Assembly (NCBI GenBank): GCA_013265495.1
Contig: MU058423.1
Location: forward strand, 8,913,627-8,977,626
Length of the DNA: 64,000 nucleotides
Reading direction: 5' to 3'
Source of the DNA: Vicugna vicugna
Taxonomy: Eukaryota
This document shows positions 1 through 13,420 of the stretch, piece after piece (the stretch's first letter is position 1; every line of letters starts with the position of its first letter). A program made the position numbers and the translations under genes. Under the pieces are notes generated by a model. It was not told where the DNA came from, made no database searches, and was given only the letters and a program-made list of their open reading frames with translations.

Positions 1-894
1 CACATATCCAAACTGTAATACACAGGAAGCCCATCCACCTTCCCTGCAGCTACTGGAAATTTCCCTCCTCTTCTGGCTCACTACTATAGGCAGACCTCAC
101 TACTTCCAGAAAACGCCCCTTTTCACCCCAGCAATTTCTCACCCCCTTCCTTTGATCAGCAGCAAGACTTTCAAAGAAAATGAAGAAGAGGGAGAAGAAA
201 GAAAAAGGAGATGAGCAGAGAATTCTTCACAGTTCTACACACAGGTGATTCATTTCTTCACTCAGCAGTTACTGGTACCAGGCACCATGGATAAGACCAA
301 GAACAAGGCAAATACACCCCTGACCTGATAAAGCACTCTTGTATGTTACTTCAGATCTTCCTAGCCCAGGGATCCCAACTTCAATACCTTCAGATATTCC
401 TCAGAAAAACCTTTAAAGCTGTTTAAACTATAGACATCTTGATTTCTCCCCCGAGATTCTGATTAGCCAGATATGCCAGGTCTGGCCCATGGGTATTTCT
501 GATACCTAGTTGTATTTGAAAATCAGTATTAGAAATGTTATCCTTTTAGAAGTCAGAAGGCTCAGTGCCTAAATTATGTCACAGAACTACAAATATATAT
601 TATTCCCTTAGCTTTAAGTGGTAGTTAGTGCAAGAAAGGAAGTCTCCATTCTCAATGAAATTCCAAGGGCACAACAGGCTTTGCGAATGCCCATGACACT
701 ATGTGACAAATCCATCTTTTCATTCACGTGTCCACGTGTAGACACTGAGCTATATTCTAGGGATATAAAATGAAGATAGTAGGGAAGGCAGACATGTAAA
801 TAATCAGACCGTTATGGCCCAGCAGCATGAGAGAAATACAAAACAGAGAGAACTCTAGCATGGAGAGCTTTGGGCAGAGTTCTAGAAGATGGGT

Positions 895-1390
895 TTTAAA
901 AGTCTTTTTAAGAGCAAATCAGATCATTTTAACTCTCTAACAGCTTCCCATGTTATGGAGAATAAAATCCAAACTCTCCCCCCCACATACAAGCCCTGGC
1001 AGAGACCTCACATCTCATCTGCTGCATCAGCCTCTCCACCTCTGTGCCCCAGCCACGTCGGCTTTCCTTGGGACCTCAGTCACACTCAAGCTCATTCCCA
1101 CCCTACAGCCTCTGTACTTGCGATTGCCTTTGCCTAGAATGTTCTTAGTCTTTATCAGCTTAACTGTCATCACCTCAAAGATGGCTTCTTTGAACTTCCA
1201 ACGTGCAGCAGCCAGCCAAACGCTAGCACATCACCACACAGCCAGCACTGCTGTCTCGCCCAGCAGAATATACGCTCTACAGGGACAGGGATTTTTTTCT
1301 CTTGTTTATCGCTATATCCTTAGAGCCTAGAAGAGCATCCAGCACAGCTGCTCGATAATTATTTGTTGAATGACAGAATGAACAAATGAA
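895..1390 (+). mobile_element. L2 3' region
   Basis: AAATCAGATCAT...AATAAAATCCAAACTC...TTTGCCTAGAATG, ending TATTTGTTGAATGACAGAATGAA. Confidence 0.75.
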
Positions 1391-4300
1391 GCAGACGGGT
1401 GGGGAAAGGTAAAGACTACTTCCTATGAAAATGAATGCAGAGTTTTATTTAACAGTGAAGGCTCCTGAAGACCTCCACATCCTCCTTTTGACTAAACTAC
1501 CAGGAAATTCATTCTGAAATTTTGAGCTTGAGCAAGTCAGAGCCAGTTTCCGTTACATGTAACCAAAAAAACCCCAGTTATTACAATATTGCTATTCTAT
1601 ATACTAGCCAATTGAGAAAAAAAAGGAGGAGGGAGGCGGAAGGGAGGAAGGAAACAAAGCAACAGGAAAGACATGATCAGAAACAGAGGAAGGAGAAAGA
1701 AGTGAAAATTGTAGGGGAAAAACAAAGATGAAGATGGAGAGTTGTACAGGGATAACGAGGAGTGTGTATGAGTAACAGGCGTGAAGGAAAGCCAAGAGCA
1801 AAGTGTGAGAAAAGAGGGAACGTGGTGTTAACTGGGAATGCAAGTGTCTACATAGGAGGGGGACTGGAAGAACCGGAATGCCAATGATATAGGGGAGTTC
1901 TTGTACCCTCTGTTCTGCCTCTTGTGACGAGTTACGTAATCTCTCTGGGTCTCTTAGTACAATGAGGCAGAGGAGAAGAGAAAGGTAGGGGTGGGCAGGC
2001 AGGGCAAGGAGAGATCCTATCTAAGGTCTTTCTGTTTCTGTAACTTAGTGGAGAATCACTGTATTCAGCTCCACCATAGCAATTCTTCAGAGAAATTACT
2101 CTCCAGATTGCTAGAGTAGACATCGTAAAAGCCAGAGACACTCCTTCCTTCATCTCTTCCTGCAGTCTTTGTATTAAACCCAAGGTCTAGGTCAACTACT
2201 ACTGTTCCTTAAAAAAAAAAAAAAAGTCAAATAGAGCTTATCAAGGAAATCCAGTTGCCCACATTCCGGGTAAATCCCCCAAATTTTAATTGTAATAGAA
2301 GGATCTTAATCATCAACTGCTATCTGACTTCCTCTTCCATGAATTCAGAAGTAAAATAGTGTCATCAGGCAATATACAAATATAAAATTTAATATCTAGT
2401 AGATTTTTTTAAACTTTGTGGTAATAATATCATAGGATATCCTAAAAGTTGTTGTTTTGAATTCATACATCTGACTTAGAGACAAGAAAACAAAATGATT
2501 TTAGAAACTATTTTAAAATGTTAACCACATACTGTCACTATTTCCATTATTTCACAGGTATGTTTCCAGGAAAACAATAAACCTTAAAATTTGGCTCCTG
2601 GCAAAACATGCAGCTTGCAGCCTAACCTACAACTCACTTGCAAATACTGAGAATTTTCTCAAAATTTCAGACATTTCTGAAGGGAACATAAATAGTTGAC
2701 TACATTCAAACTAATGGGATTCAAGGCTTTCCCAACTCCAAGGCAGGCCAGACCCTGCAATGCTATTAGGAGATGTACCGCTTAACCCTGAATTCTTTGT
2801 ACAGGATGGGTCCATTCCCATAGGTTTTAAGGAGCAGTGAAAAGCCCTGCAGCCGAGACCTGGGTTACAGAAGCCAAGGGCAGGACCTGGGGTGGTGGGA
2901 GCGGTGTGATGAAGACCTTGAGCTTGGAGTCTGTCTGCATCATTTCTTACACACCGGTAACACCAGATCAGTCCCCACTGGGGGTCCGAACTCCCTCCAG
3001 GGCTGTTTCCTGTCTCGTTTGTTCCTTATTCCTTTGAACAGCATAGTCAGGCACTATGTGAGGTGCTGAGAATGCAAACGTGAGTAACAGTCATTCCTTT
3101 ACTCAAGGAGCTCATTCTAGTAGATTACACTGCACATCATCAATTGCAGGACAAGGTGAGGAAAGCTCTAACTGAGCCAGGTTCTGGGTCAGAGAATAAG
3201 AAATGACAAAATAGACAGTTGGAGAGTAAGGAGAGGGACGGACCAATTATGGAAAAAAACAGTAGGAAAAGTTTCTCTGAGAAAGGAATTATGGGTTTTT
3301 TTTTTCAATTAACTTACAAATTTCCCAAAGTAGGCCTCACTAAATGACTCACACACCCACTCACCAAAGAACTGTAAAGTCTGATCATCCTACAGTCGTA
3401 CCTTCACATGGAAAGGCTTGTCTGTCTGCTCATTAATTTGAAACAATGAACCACAAATGTTACTCCCCTATTAAATAATTCTCTGAGGTACTACAGCAAC
3501 TCTAGGTATTTCTTTTAGGCTGAAGTGACTTTCCTAGCCCAACTATTTACTTTAACCGGGAATTGGCTGACTAACCACATCCCTGGCTTCAGGTCCTCGT
3601 CATAGGTCCTGGTTTTCCATAAAGAAAACTCAGAAACCCTTACGAGCATTTATTATGGAAAGTGAGAGCGGGTGGGCACCAGGGAAACAAGGCTGAGGCA
3701 GAGGCGCAGGGAGGGCGAGAACTAAGACAGAGGCAGGGGCAGAGCGGCGCTAACGTGGGGACCCAGTAGCCGCCGTGGGCGTGGTCTAAGTTCACTGTCG
3801 AAGTGACTATATTCTGGGCACTAAGAGTCTTACGAATAACTCAACACACAGCAACCTCAACAGGAATTGCATTAGCTCCTCCTTTGTCTACAATTTCAGA
3901 AAGCACATATGGGAGGGCTTTTCATGTATTAAATCACTGTCCATAATAAAACACAATAGTGTTTTATTCACCGTCTCAAATAGAAAAAAAAAATCTTGAA
4001 ATAAAATATACATAGATTAAAAGTATGCATTCAAAAGCGCCTTATAAACAGAGGGTCTAAGATTAGACGTTGTCAGGTCAAGAGGACATTACGGACCATC
4101 AGCATATAAACCCATACTAGTATCTATCTGCACTGGGGATGTGTCTAAGTGTGAGGCTGTTCTGCCCAGATATTTATACAAAGCTGAACAGAGATGACTC
4201 CCACTCACATCAGTGTCAGGTGAGGCCCAGGCAGACATGTACAGACATGTCAACTGTAGACTAACCCAGATGGGCCAGTCACCTGCTGTCACATCAGGCA

Positions 4301-5176
4301 TTGCAAATACATTTCAAGTAACATGATAAAGGCGAATGTCTTCAGGGCTTTGGCTGCCTCTTTTCCAATTATTTTCCATAAAAAATGCATAAAGTTAAAT
4401 TTTTAATGTGACTGAAAATTTTTTCTAGTATTTTTTTTTGAGCTTTTGAGCTTTTAGTTCTTTGCTGAAAGATATACTGAGAGTACAAGGACAACTGTTA
4501 AAAAAATGATTGTCAAGTTTTAACAACTACTTTTATGCATAAATAAGAATTTTCCCTTATTGAGAAAAACGGAAATAATTCTAGGGCTAAAATGCAGACT
4601 ATCGACCATAATACTAATTTCAAATGTTTGTAGCTATTAACAAAGTCCATTTCAGTTCTAAAATTTTAGAGAGCTATGTAAAACATCTTGTATTTACTCA
4701 GTAACTTATAAAAAAAATAATGCTTCAAAACATTGTGATTCTTGCTGTTATTTCTATAATTAGTACTGACTTCATAAAGCGCTCCAGCTTTTCAATTACT
4801 CCACATTAAACTTTCAAGACTTGTGGAAGATAACTTTATCAAAGTGTTTCTCGACATTACTAATGTTTATCAATTAAACATTCAGTCATTCATGCAAATA
4901 TTTATTGAGCACTTAGGATGTGTCAGACACTGTTTTAGAAGCTGGGGCTGTCGTGGGGAACAAAACAAAGTTTCTTCCCTTAAAGGGAAAGATAATAAAT
5001 AAGAAAATAAATGATTCCAAGCACTAAAAAAGTACCTGCCCCTAATTCAGTATATAAATGAAACAAACGGACACAAGTGTATGTCTTTTCAAGACTACTA
5101 ATAAGATTCAAAAATGTGTAAGCCGCTGTGAGCAGACACAGTATCACCCCTGAAATTTATAGACCTAAATACAGTC

Positions 5177-5207
5177 TGTGTGTGTGTGTGTCTGTGTGTG
5201 TGCGTGT
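5177..5207. repeat. Imperfect (TG)n microsatellite
   Basis: Direct reading. Confidence 0.9.
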
Positions 5208-7799
5208 AGCTCTGAGGGCTTATTTTCAGCACAGAGGAAACTTGTTAACAAGATAATAAAAAAATAGAAAAAAAATACTCAAAAGACTTACTCAGTTAAA
5301 GTTAAGAAACAAACCTTCCACAAATGAAAAGCAAACAGCTGATTTTTCTAGACCACAGCTAAAGGAAACATGCAAGGAGAGTTGAATAAAAGATAATATT
5401 GCTCTACCCATATGCAGAAGACTAACAGAATTTCCAAATTCAAAGAGTTTGAAATTGAAAATGCTGTATGATTTTAGGGAGCCTGACCTGCTTAAAGACA
5501 CCAAAAATACAAGCCTGTGAGGATAAAGCCCATCTGGCCCATTTACCGGCAATATCACAGTAGCGTTCTTGCCCATCAAACTGTAGAAGGAAGGAACTGC
5601 AAACAGGAAATTGCCCTGCCCCAGCCCTGGGCCACTCCTCCCTTCCTCTCCACAATTTCTATAAGCAGAAGCAAATGCTACCTGTTAGGTTTACCGAGAA
5701 GCCACAGAGGTTGACAGAACACGGGTAGCTGATATCTGTTTTATTACTATTTTAATAAATATTTAAGGTAAGCACCTTTCATATTTTGAACCAACATTTT
5801 TCTTAATAATTTTACCTACATTTTAAGCAATATCAGTTTAACCTATAGTTTTTTTCATGACAATTTAAAGCAGTTCTGAAATTGCAATTTATGGATGAAT
5901 TGTGAGTTGGAGACTAAGGAAATGAACATGCTTGGTGCAAACAATGAGGACAAAACAAACTCAGAATCAGCTGCCTCAGGTACTATTTTCCAACAGTCTA
6001 AACACACACACATTAACCACTTTGAAATAACACTGTTCCAAATACAATTTTCTGTATATTCAGTAGACCACTCAGTGTTAAATAATCAATAGGTCAATTA
6101 CCAGCAGTTCCAATTAACCATCTTTGTATTCAGTTAGAAGTACTTATTAACACAGCACTTGGTAAGTAACAGAATTTAAGGTACATGGACTCCCTAATTT
6201 TTTACAGAAACTTGGCCTGGTGGGTGTGATTTCTAGGGGTCTGCACCTACTGATACAAACTAGACACAGGGAACTGACTTCTTTTTTTAAACCAAGGAAA
6301 AAGACTGATAGTCGCTTTTCAACTTCTAATGGTCCAAATACAGTAAACAAATTTTAAAAACACAAACTATTCAAAAAGCTAATAAACCTACAAATAAATC
6401 TACAGGAATAATCAACCTGGGTAATAATTTTTAAAATGATATGTAAAACAATAAAATATCATTTTCATCAGTTAAATTTCCAAATCTTTAGTGTTTATAC
6501 TCATTATGCAAAGGTACATGACTCTGAAGTTTTCAGGTGATACCAAATTTAGTGGAAACTGGCTTAAATATGGTAATATACTTCAAGGGCTAAAGTAATG
6601 CTGATTTTTTTTATAATCTATTGATCACTTTTTTGGCAATCTGAAGACAAAAATCCACAAAAAGAAACAATTATAATGTAGAAAGCTGTTTGTCACATTA
6701 TTAAAAATTTTGAAAGGAATCTAAAATGGTAAACAATAGTATGCTCTCTAAATGGAATGGTATTTGATCATGTAGTAGCAAAAAAGCAAAACATACATAG
6801 GCCAAGTGAAAAGAGGTTCACAGAACTACACTGCAATTATACCTAAGTAAGTAATTCAAGTTTAGAGTGATGTAATTGTAAGACAATGTTCCTACTTTTC
6901 TCCCATAATACAGTTATGCCAATTTTTAAATTTTAAAAATGTATTAATTTTTAAAATATAAATTCATTAAAGTATCCTCTTTTCAAGCTATATGTTTAAA
7001 ATACATTTAATCATTTCCCAACCCCTCCTACTGCCCACAAAAGAGCACCCTGCAGTCCATGCCACGTTCCCTGTCTGATATTTCTTTCCCAACTAGGCCT
7101 GTGGGGGTTACTCATCCTTGATTCCTCCCAAATCTCTCGAGGTTCCACCTTGGTCCCCCAATAGCCACACCAGAAGAAAGGGAGCTATTTACCTTGGTAT
7201 CCTCAACTCCAGAACAAGGCCTCATGTATGTAAAGGCTAGAAGAACATTGTTGACATAATTAATCTTAATCCAAATTTGGCACCCATTGCGCACTTTTCC
7301 CAAACTATTGCTCATCTGTTTCCCCATTTTAAACTAGGCATTCATTTTTCCTTTCTTTCTTTTCTTAATTTTTTTTTTATTTCCCAGAGTTTACCACTAT
7401 GCTGGGTAGAGCGCCTCTGAGCTAAATAAATATTTGCTGAACTAATGAATGCCTGAATACACATCTCAAAAACGAGAAACTCATTTGGTTTAGATAGGTT
7501 CTTCCTTTAGAATCCAAATAACATCCTAGGAGGGGGGAAAAACTCCTACTCACCCTTTACACTTTGCAGTGAATTACCCTAAGCAATCAAAAGATTAGCA
7601 ACCAACAGATTAGCAACCACCTGAGTGTTACTGAGCCAAGGGAGGATCTAAGTGTAAAATGGGGTGGAAAGGAGGGAAGACAAGCCAACAAAAAGAGGGG
7701 AGCAGCCTTCAGCTCTTCAGGGGAGGTAAGACAATGGCTCAGAAAACTATATGGAAGGCCACACAACTTGTTGCCTAGAGCAGCCATTCCTAAATGCTT

Positions 7800-8012
7800 C
7801 AAATGCCAGGCACTGCCCTGACACCTTCATGAACACGACCTCCTTCAGTCCTCACCACCACTACGCTAGGCGGGATGGTATTATCTCTGCTTTAAAGATG
7901 GAAAAAATAGGAGTTTGGGTGAGTTAAATAACTTGCTCAAAACATACGAATAACAAGTGACTCAAGGCCAAGCCTGTGGCTCTGCTCAAGTCTTTGCTCT
8001 CAACCACGACAC
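7800..8012 (-). mobile_element. MIR SINE
   Basis: ATGCCAGGCACTG...TATTATCTCTGCTTTAAAGATGG...GTTAAATAACTTGCTCAA. Confidence 0.72.
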
Positions 8013-9019
8013 CAGATGGAGAGTGGCTTCTCTGCAATTAGCAGTGGACTGAGAGGTAGAATATCATTGCTAAGGCCTAAGTATAGTCTACAGAACAAAC
8101 AGCAGACACAGACATGGTCAGAAAGTCTGCAGACCTCAGCCTTGTCATCCCTGATTCAGACATGACATCTGGTTCAGGCCAGTCCCAGATCATCCATAAT
8201 TAGGCTCCTTATTTAGCAACAGGAGGACTTAACAAGTGGTTTAAGGAACATGCAATGTGGTTACCATTTTTGTTTAAGAATCCTCCACATCACTGAAAAA
8301 AATTCTTAATTCTTTACCTCTGAATTACTTTCCTATCCCTCCATCATCATGGCCTGCTCCAAATTCTCCTTGACCTCTTTACCATAGTTCTATGAACTGA
8401 AAACGAAACATAAACCAGTGAGGATCTGGTCTTTCAGCATCTGGCAAGAACCTAATTAATTCATGCTTGTACTTTTTTAAAGGCCATCTTCCTCAAATTC
8501 ATATGAGAGTATTTTGGATGCTATGATGATTCCAGCATCCTAACTCCAAAACAGCACAATGTATTGTCCTGGAAGGGAAATGCCTTTCCAGCAAAGCTGA
8601 TCTGACCTCAAAATCTGAGCCCTCCATCTCAAGGAGCTCAACAGCCCAGCTTAGGGACAAAGAGATGCTTCACGAACGGGGACTTCCCTGAAATGAGTGC
8701 CTATCATCTGTTAAGTGTCACTGTGATCGCCAGTGGCCAGTCATCCTAAAACTCTGGCTTTTGGATCACCCACAGAGAAGGGTTTGTGGATTTCCTACTG
8801 AACATGATGTTCTGTAAGTTTTATCTCCTTTTTGATACTCGTGACAGCTCTGGGAGATAAAATATAAAAATGCTCTCCCTCACTTACAGATAAGGAAAGA
8901 AATACAAAAAGCTTCTGGGACATAAAGTCATGATCTAACAGGGAAACCGCAGGCAAAGCCCTGACTCTGTAGGTTCCTAATATCTGCATAAGACTCAAAA
9001 GCAAGGTAGGACAGCTGTA

Positions 9020-9320
9020 TAACAATATGAATGTAACTGATACCACTGAACAAGCCACTTAAAAATGCTTCATAAGAAAAAAATTTATGGCATCTACGTA
9101 TGGTGATGGATGTTAACTCAACTTATTGTGGTGATCATTTTGCAATATATACAAATGTTAAATCATTGTGTTGCACATCCGAAACTAATTTAATGTTATG
9201 TCAAATATACCTCAATAAAAAATAACAAAAAGAAAGAAAAACGATTAAGGTAACAAATTTTATGCTATGTGTATTTCACCATAATAAAGAGAATTGGAGA
9301 AAAAATTTATCAAAAAAAAA
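9020..9320 (+). mobile_element. Old L1 3'-end fragments (L1MA-like piece at about 9096-9225 within an L1MB-like tail)
   Basis: GGTGATGGATGTTAAC...TGTGGTGATCATTTTGCAATATATAC...CCTCAATAAAAAA; flanking CACTTAAAAATG and AATTTTATG motifs. Confidence 0.75.
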
Positions 9321-9390
9321 GAAGAAGAAGTAAGGTAGTGATGTTGCTTGAATAAGAGGTACTGCCCTCAGTCTATGATATCTGCTCTGA

Positions 9391-9554
9391 TTTTTGGTTT
9401 TAGTTTTTTTATTGAAGTATAGTCGATTTACAATGTTGTGTTAGTTTCAGGTATGCAGCAAAGTGATTCAGTTACACATATATATATTCTTTTTCATATT
9501 CTTTTCCATTATAGCTTATTACAAGATATTGAATATAGTTCCCTGTGCTGTACT
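9391..9554 (-). mobile_element. L1 3'-end fragment, same type as 46330-46500
   Basis: TTTTATTGAAGTATAGTCGATTTACAATGTTGTGTTAG...ATATAGTTCCCTGTGCT is the reverse complement of the in-window L1 3'UTR end. Confidence 0.88.
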
Positions 9555-9714
9555 TTGATTCTGCATCTTGAAAGAGCATAGTTGGCTCAGTCATACTACA
9601 AATATTCTAGTAAAAAGGAAGAAATGACTTTAAATTTTATATCCAATTTGATCATTTTCAGTCTCCCTCTGAAATTACCTGAAGGACATTACCTTCCTTC
9701 TTTCTTTCGTATTT

Positions 9715-10915
9715 TATCATTCCATTATTCATTCACTCAGTAGATATTAAGAGAGCATCTACCATGGGCCGGGCACTGTTCTAAGCTGATGCTCAGTGTT
9801 CAGATACTGAGATAGTTCCACACCAACCGGAAAATAGCCGCTGCCTGGAGCAGCACCCCAGCCCCCTCCGAGCTGGCCACCTCATCTCTTCCCTGGGACA
9901 CCCCCACCCAGACTTCCCCATGACTCAGCACAGCAGGAAGGCTGCACTGTGGCCAGCTTCCAGTTCAGCTGACGAATGCCTGGACCTAACCTCTGGTTAA
10001 ATGTTTTATCACCTCCTAGACACAGCAGTGAACAAAACTGACAAGGTCCCTAACCCTCTAGTCTAGGAAAGAGATAATAAGCAAGTAAATAGACAAATGA
10101 AACATGTAATCTCAAATAGCAGAGTGCTATAAAATAAATAAATAAAACAGCAAAGGGTGATGAAGGTGGGGGGAGCAAGGTAAAGCTTGAGAGCAAGTCT
10201 CTCTGAGGAGAGAAGAATAATGGAAGAAGAAAGGCAAAAGTCTGAGGTAAAAACAGTCCAGACAGAGAGAACAGAAATATGATGGCCTTCCGGTGGGAAC
10301 AGGCTTGGTATTTCCATGGTTAGAAGGCCAGCCTGATGGGAACGTCTTGAGCAAGGAGATCACAGAGGCAGATAGGGATGGATCAAGGAGGATCTTAATG
10401 GCATTGGTAAGGAGGCTGAATGTTCTGCCAAGAACAGTGAGCAATCATTGTGCAGATTTGAAACAGGGCAATGGCATGATCTAAGTTATAGTTTTAGAAG
10501 ATTACTCTGACAACTGTGTGGCAACTGGGTTAAAGGGAAGCAAGAGTGTGAACGGAGACAATGTACGAAGCTGTGGTGGTCATCCAGGTGAACGAGGACA
10601 GTGACTTGGACTAGGTGACAGCAATAGAGATGGAAAAAAGCATTCTGAGTCAACCTATATTTTAGAGTTAGAACTTAGTGATGAGTATAATGTGGGAAGA
10701 GAAAAGAAGGATCAAAATGACTACTATCCTTTGATTCAGCAAGTTGCTGATGGCAGTTCATTTACTAAGAAGGCAATGAGTGGGGGAATAAATAGGTTTG
10801 TGCAGAGAGGGGATAAAAAGTTCTGTCCTGCCACAATAAATGTGAGCTATCATTTAGATATACAATGTGGAGCTATCAAACAGGCAGTTGGATATTGGAT
10901 CTTGGTAATTATCCT
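9715..10915 (-). mobile_element. L2a element (3' end at about 9715, interrupted at about 9810-10015)
   Basis: CATTCACTCAG...GGCACTGTTCTAAG; ACAGCAGTGAACAAAAC; GGCATGATCTAAGTTATAGTTTTAGAAGATTACTCTG; TCCAGGTGA...GACTTGGACTAGG. Confidence 0.82.
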
Positions 10916-12164
10916 GTGAGGTAGACCAGAAAACCTCAGCACTAAACAAATTTTACAAACAAAAAAATTATGGACTAGAGACAAAGAGCTGTGCTAGTAC
11001 AAAATGTTTTTTAGTAGGTCAGAGCCCCATGATAAAGGGCTGATACCACATTTTAAAAAAGAGGAAGATCTTCACTGCGACGGACCCTGAAAACTACACA
11101 CGTACACAGGTTATGCAGCTGCTCCAAAGGTAGAAGTCCTTTATATCCAAGAAGACTCCCCCAGGAGATTATGATTTATCCAAATAGCAAAATGGGTAAA
11201 TGTTTTATCACCTCCAAGACACAGCAATGAACAAAACTGACAAGGTCCCTACCCTCTAGCCTAGGAAAGCGATAATAAGCAAGTATTCATACCTTATACG
11301 TGGAACTTAGCGGAGATGTGTGTATAATGCCTTTACTGACTGTCTTCTCAAAATACTTGAATCAGCAGTTAAATGCATACATGTAACAAGAAGTAAGGCA
11401 CAAACTTCTCTTTAGGGAATGATTATAACTTTCGATTTTCATTTTTATTAAGTGCTGCATCAAAAAGCTCTCTGGGCAACACATTTCTAAAATTAGAAAA
11501 GAAAATCAATTGGGAAATGACCAATACAAGAATAACTGCTTTACACCGCTTCTCAGGACTGTAACCAGCACATAAGACAAGCTCGTGCTGCCCTCAGCAC
11601 CTCTTCAGACTGCTATTCCTTCATTTGGCTGCTTGAAAGTGGTGGAAACTTCTGCATTAGAAGACGTGTTTTATCCCCAAGTTCAGCACATCTATTATAA
11701 CTAAATCTGCGTCCAGAATCCCAAAGGTGCCACGCAGAAATTAAGGACAACACTAAAAACAGGAAAGGCAGGCATTAAGAAGAAAAGGAGAAAAAGTAGG
11801 GGTGAGGGAGGGGAGGAGGGAGAAGAAAAGGAGAGGGCAGCACAGGACCTCTTCCTGATGGAATCCCTTATGACAAAGGACACTCACGAATTAACACCCT
11901 CAACAGCATCACAAAACCCCTCAGGAAGACACGCTTATTTACCTGGCTGGAATCCAGGGGTTATTACTCTCCATATTTTATACATAGTGTCAATTATCAG
12001 CTTCAAGTGAATGGTATTCATCAAAGTAAAGTGAAAATGAGCATGCCTGCCTAATTCAGCTTACCAGCACTTCGTTGAACCTTCATGCCAACAGCCAGCT
12101 TTTTGTGTGGGCTCTTAAAAAATAAAAGCAAGAGCCTGGCTGACGCTACAAATAATCCTAGCAC

Positions 12165-12335
12165 CCTCAGAACTGGAAGGAAGCTTAGAGGTCATTACAT
12201 CAAACCCTCTCATTTTACAGATTAGGAAACTAAGTAAAGCTAAGAAAGGCAGAGTGACTTACCCATCCTCCCAGAGCCACTTCAGGATGAAGAAAAGGTG
12301 TTTCTGATTCTTAGTCACGATTCCAAGTACTACAG
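12165..12335 (-). mobile_element. MIR3/MIR SINE
   Basis: AGAACTGGAAGGAAGCTTAGAGGTCAT...CTCATTTTACAGATTAGGAAACT. Confidence 0.72.
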
Positions 12336-13216
12336 CATGCTGTCCACGGAGCCAGAAAGGAAAGCACCACAAGGGCAGCCCAAGGCTTCACCAGAGCCAC
12401 ATCGTGAGCAAAGGTAGGCAGAAGTGCACCTCTCCATCCCGGAAATGAAGCCCGGGCCGCAGTCCGGCTGTCAGCCTGCCATTGTGCTCAGCCTACGCCC
12501 TGCAGCTGATGCTCTTTCCAACAATAGAGCTGGGCTTTCTCCCTGAGAGCTTTTGGTTTGATGTGGCAGAGTCTGATGTTGGTACCTCCTTCCGTCAAGG
12601 TCTTCAGAAGGAGGCCCACGGAAGGTCACACAGCAGTGCGCTTCCAGGCTTCAGAGAAGCACAGACCCTCCCGGGGGATGAGAGGGAAAAGGAAAAAGGG
12701 AAGACCTCTCCCCCGCCCGCCCAACCCCAGGATATGCAGAAAATTCTAGAAATATTCACACCAAAATTGTGTCACACGCTTATGCGGAACTCACATGTAC
12801 ATTTTAGCGCTTACAGGGAACCAAATTTCTAATCAAAATTACTTTCAAAAAGTCGTGTCTAGTAATTAGGGAAGTTGTAATACATGCAGGATTTACGTTC
12901 AGTTTGCTTATTGCAAACACATGTATTGATGAGTAAGTGGATTGATGATAATAATCCTCCCCAATCAAGGATTTCCTCTTATCCAAGAAAAGGAGACCTT
13001 CAACAGCCTTTAATAATCTTCCATTATATATATATTTTCCTGTAAATATCCTTCCTGGGTATCCTTTTTTATTAAAACACCTACACAACAAGAATCCAAG
13101 CCACACACTGCAGTTCCAAGATTCTCTCATCAGCCACTGGAAAATAAAACCCTAGCACAAACAGTCCATCGGTACTGGTCCACACTTTCCATCCCGGATC
13201 AATTCCTAAGCTGCTA

Positions 13217-13420
<204 letters not shown>

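Noticed and set aside
725..738. Tandem E-boxes CACGTGTCCACGTG
   Set aside because: Sits in a degenerate L2 3' end; no other support.
1615..1830. Purine-rich tract giving a Lys/Arg/Glu-rich ORF
   Set aside because: Low-complexity GA-rich DNA.
13081..13136. Possible 56-nt frameshifting cassette exon just downstream of exon 4 (acceptor TTTTATTTTCCAG)
   Set aside because: Donor TAG|GTGTTT is weak and such pseudo-exons are common; no further support.
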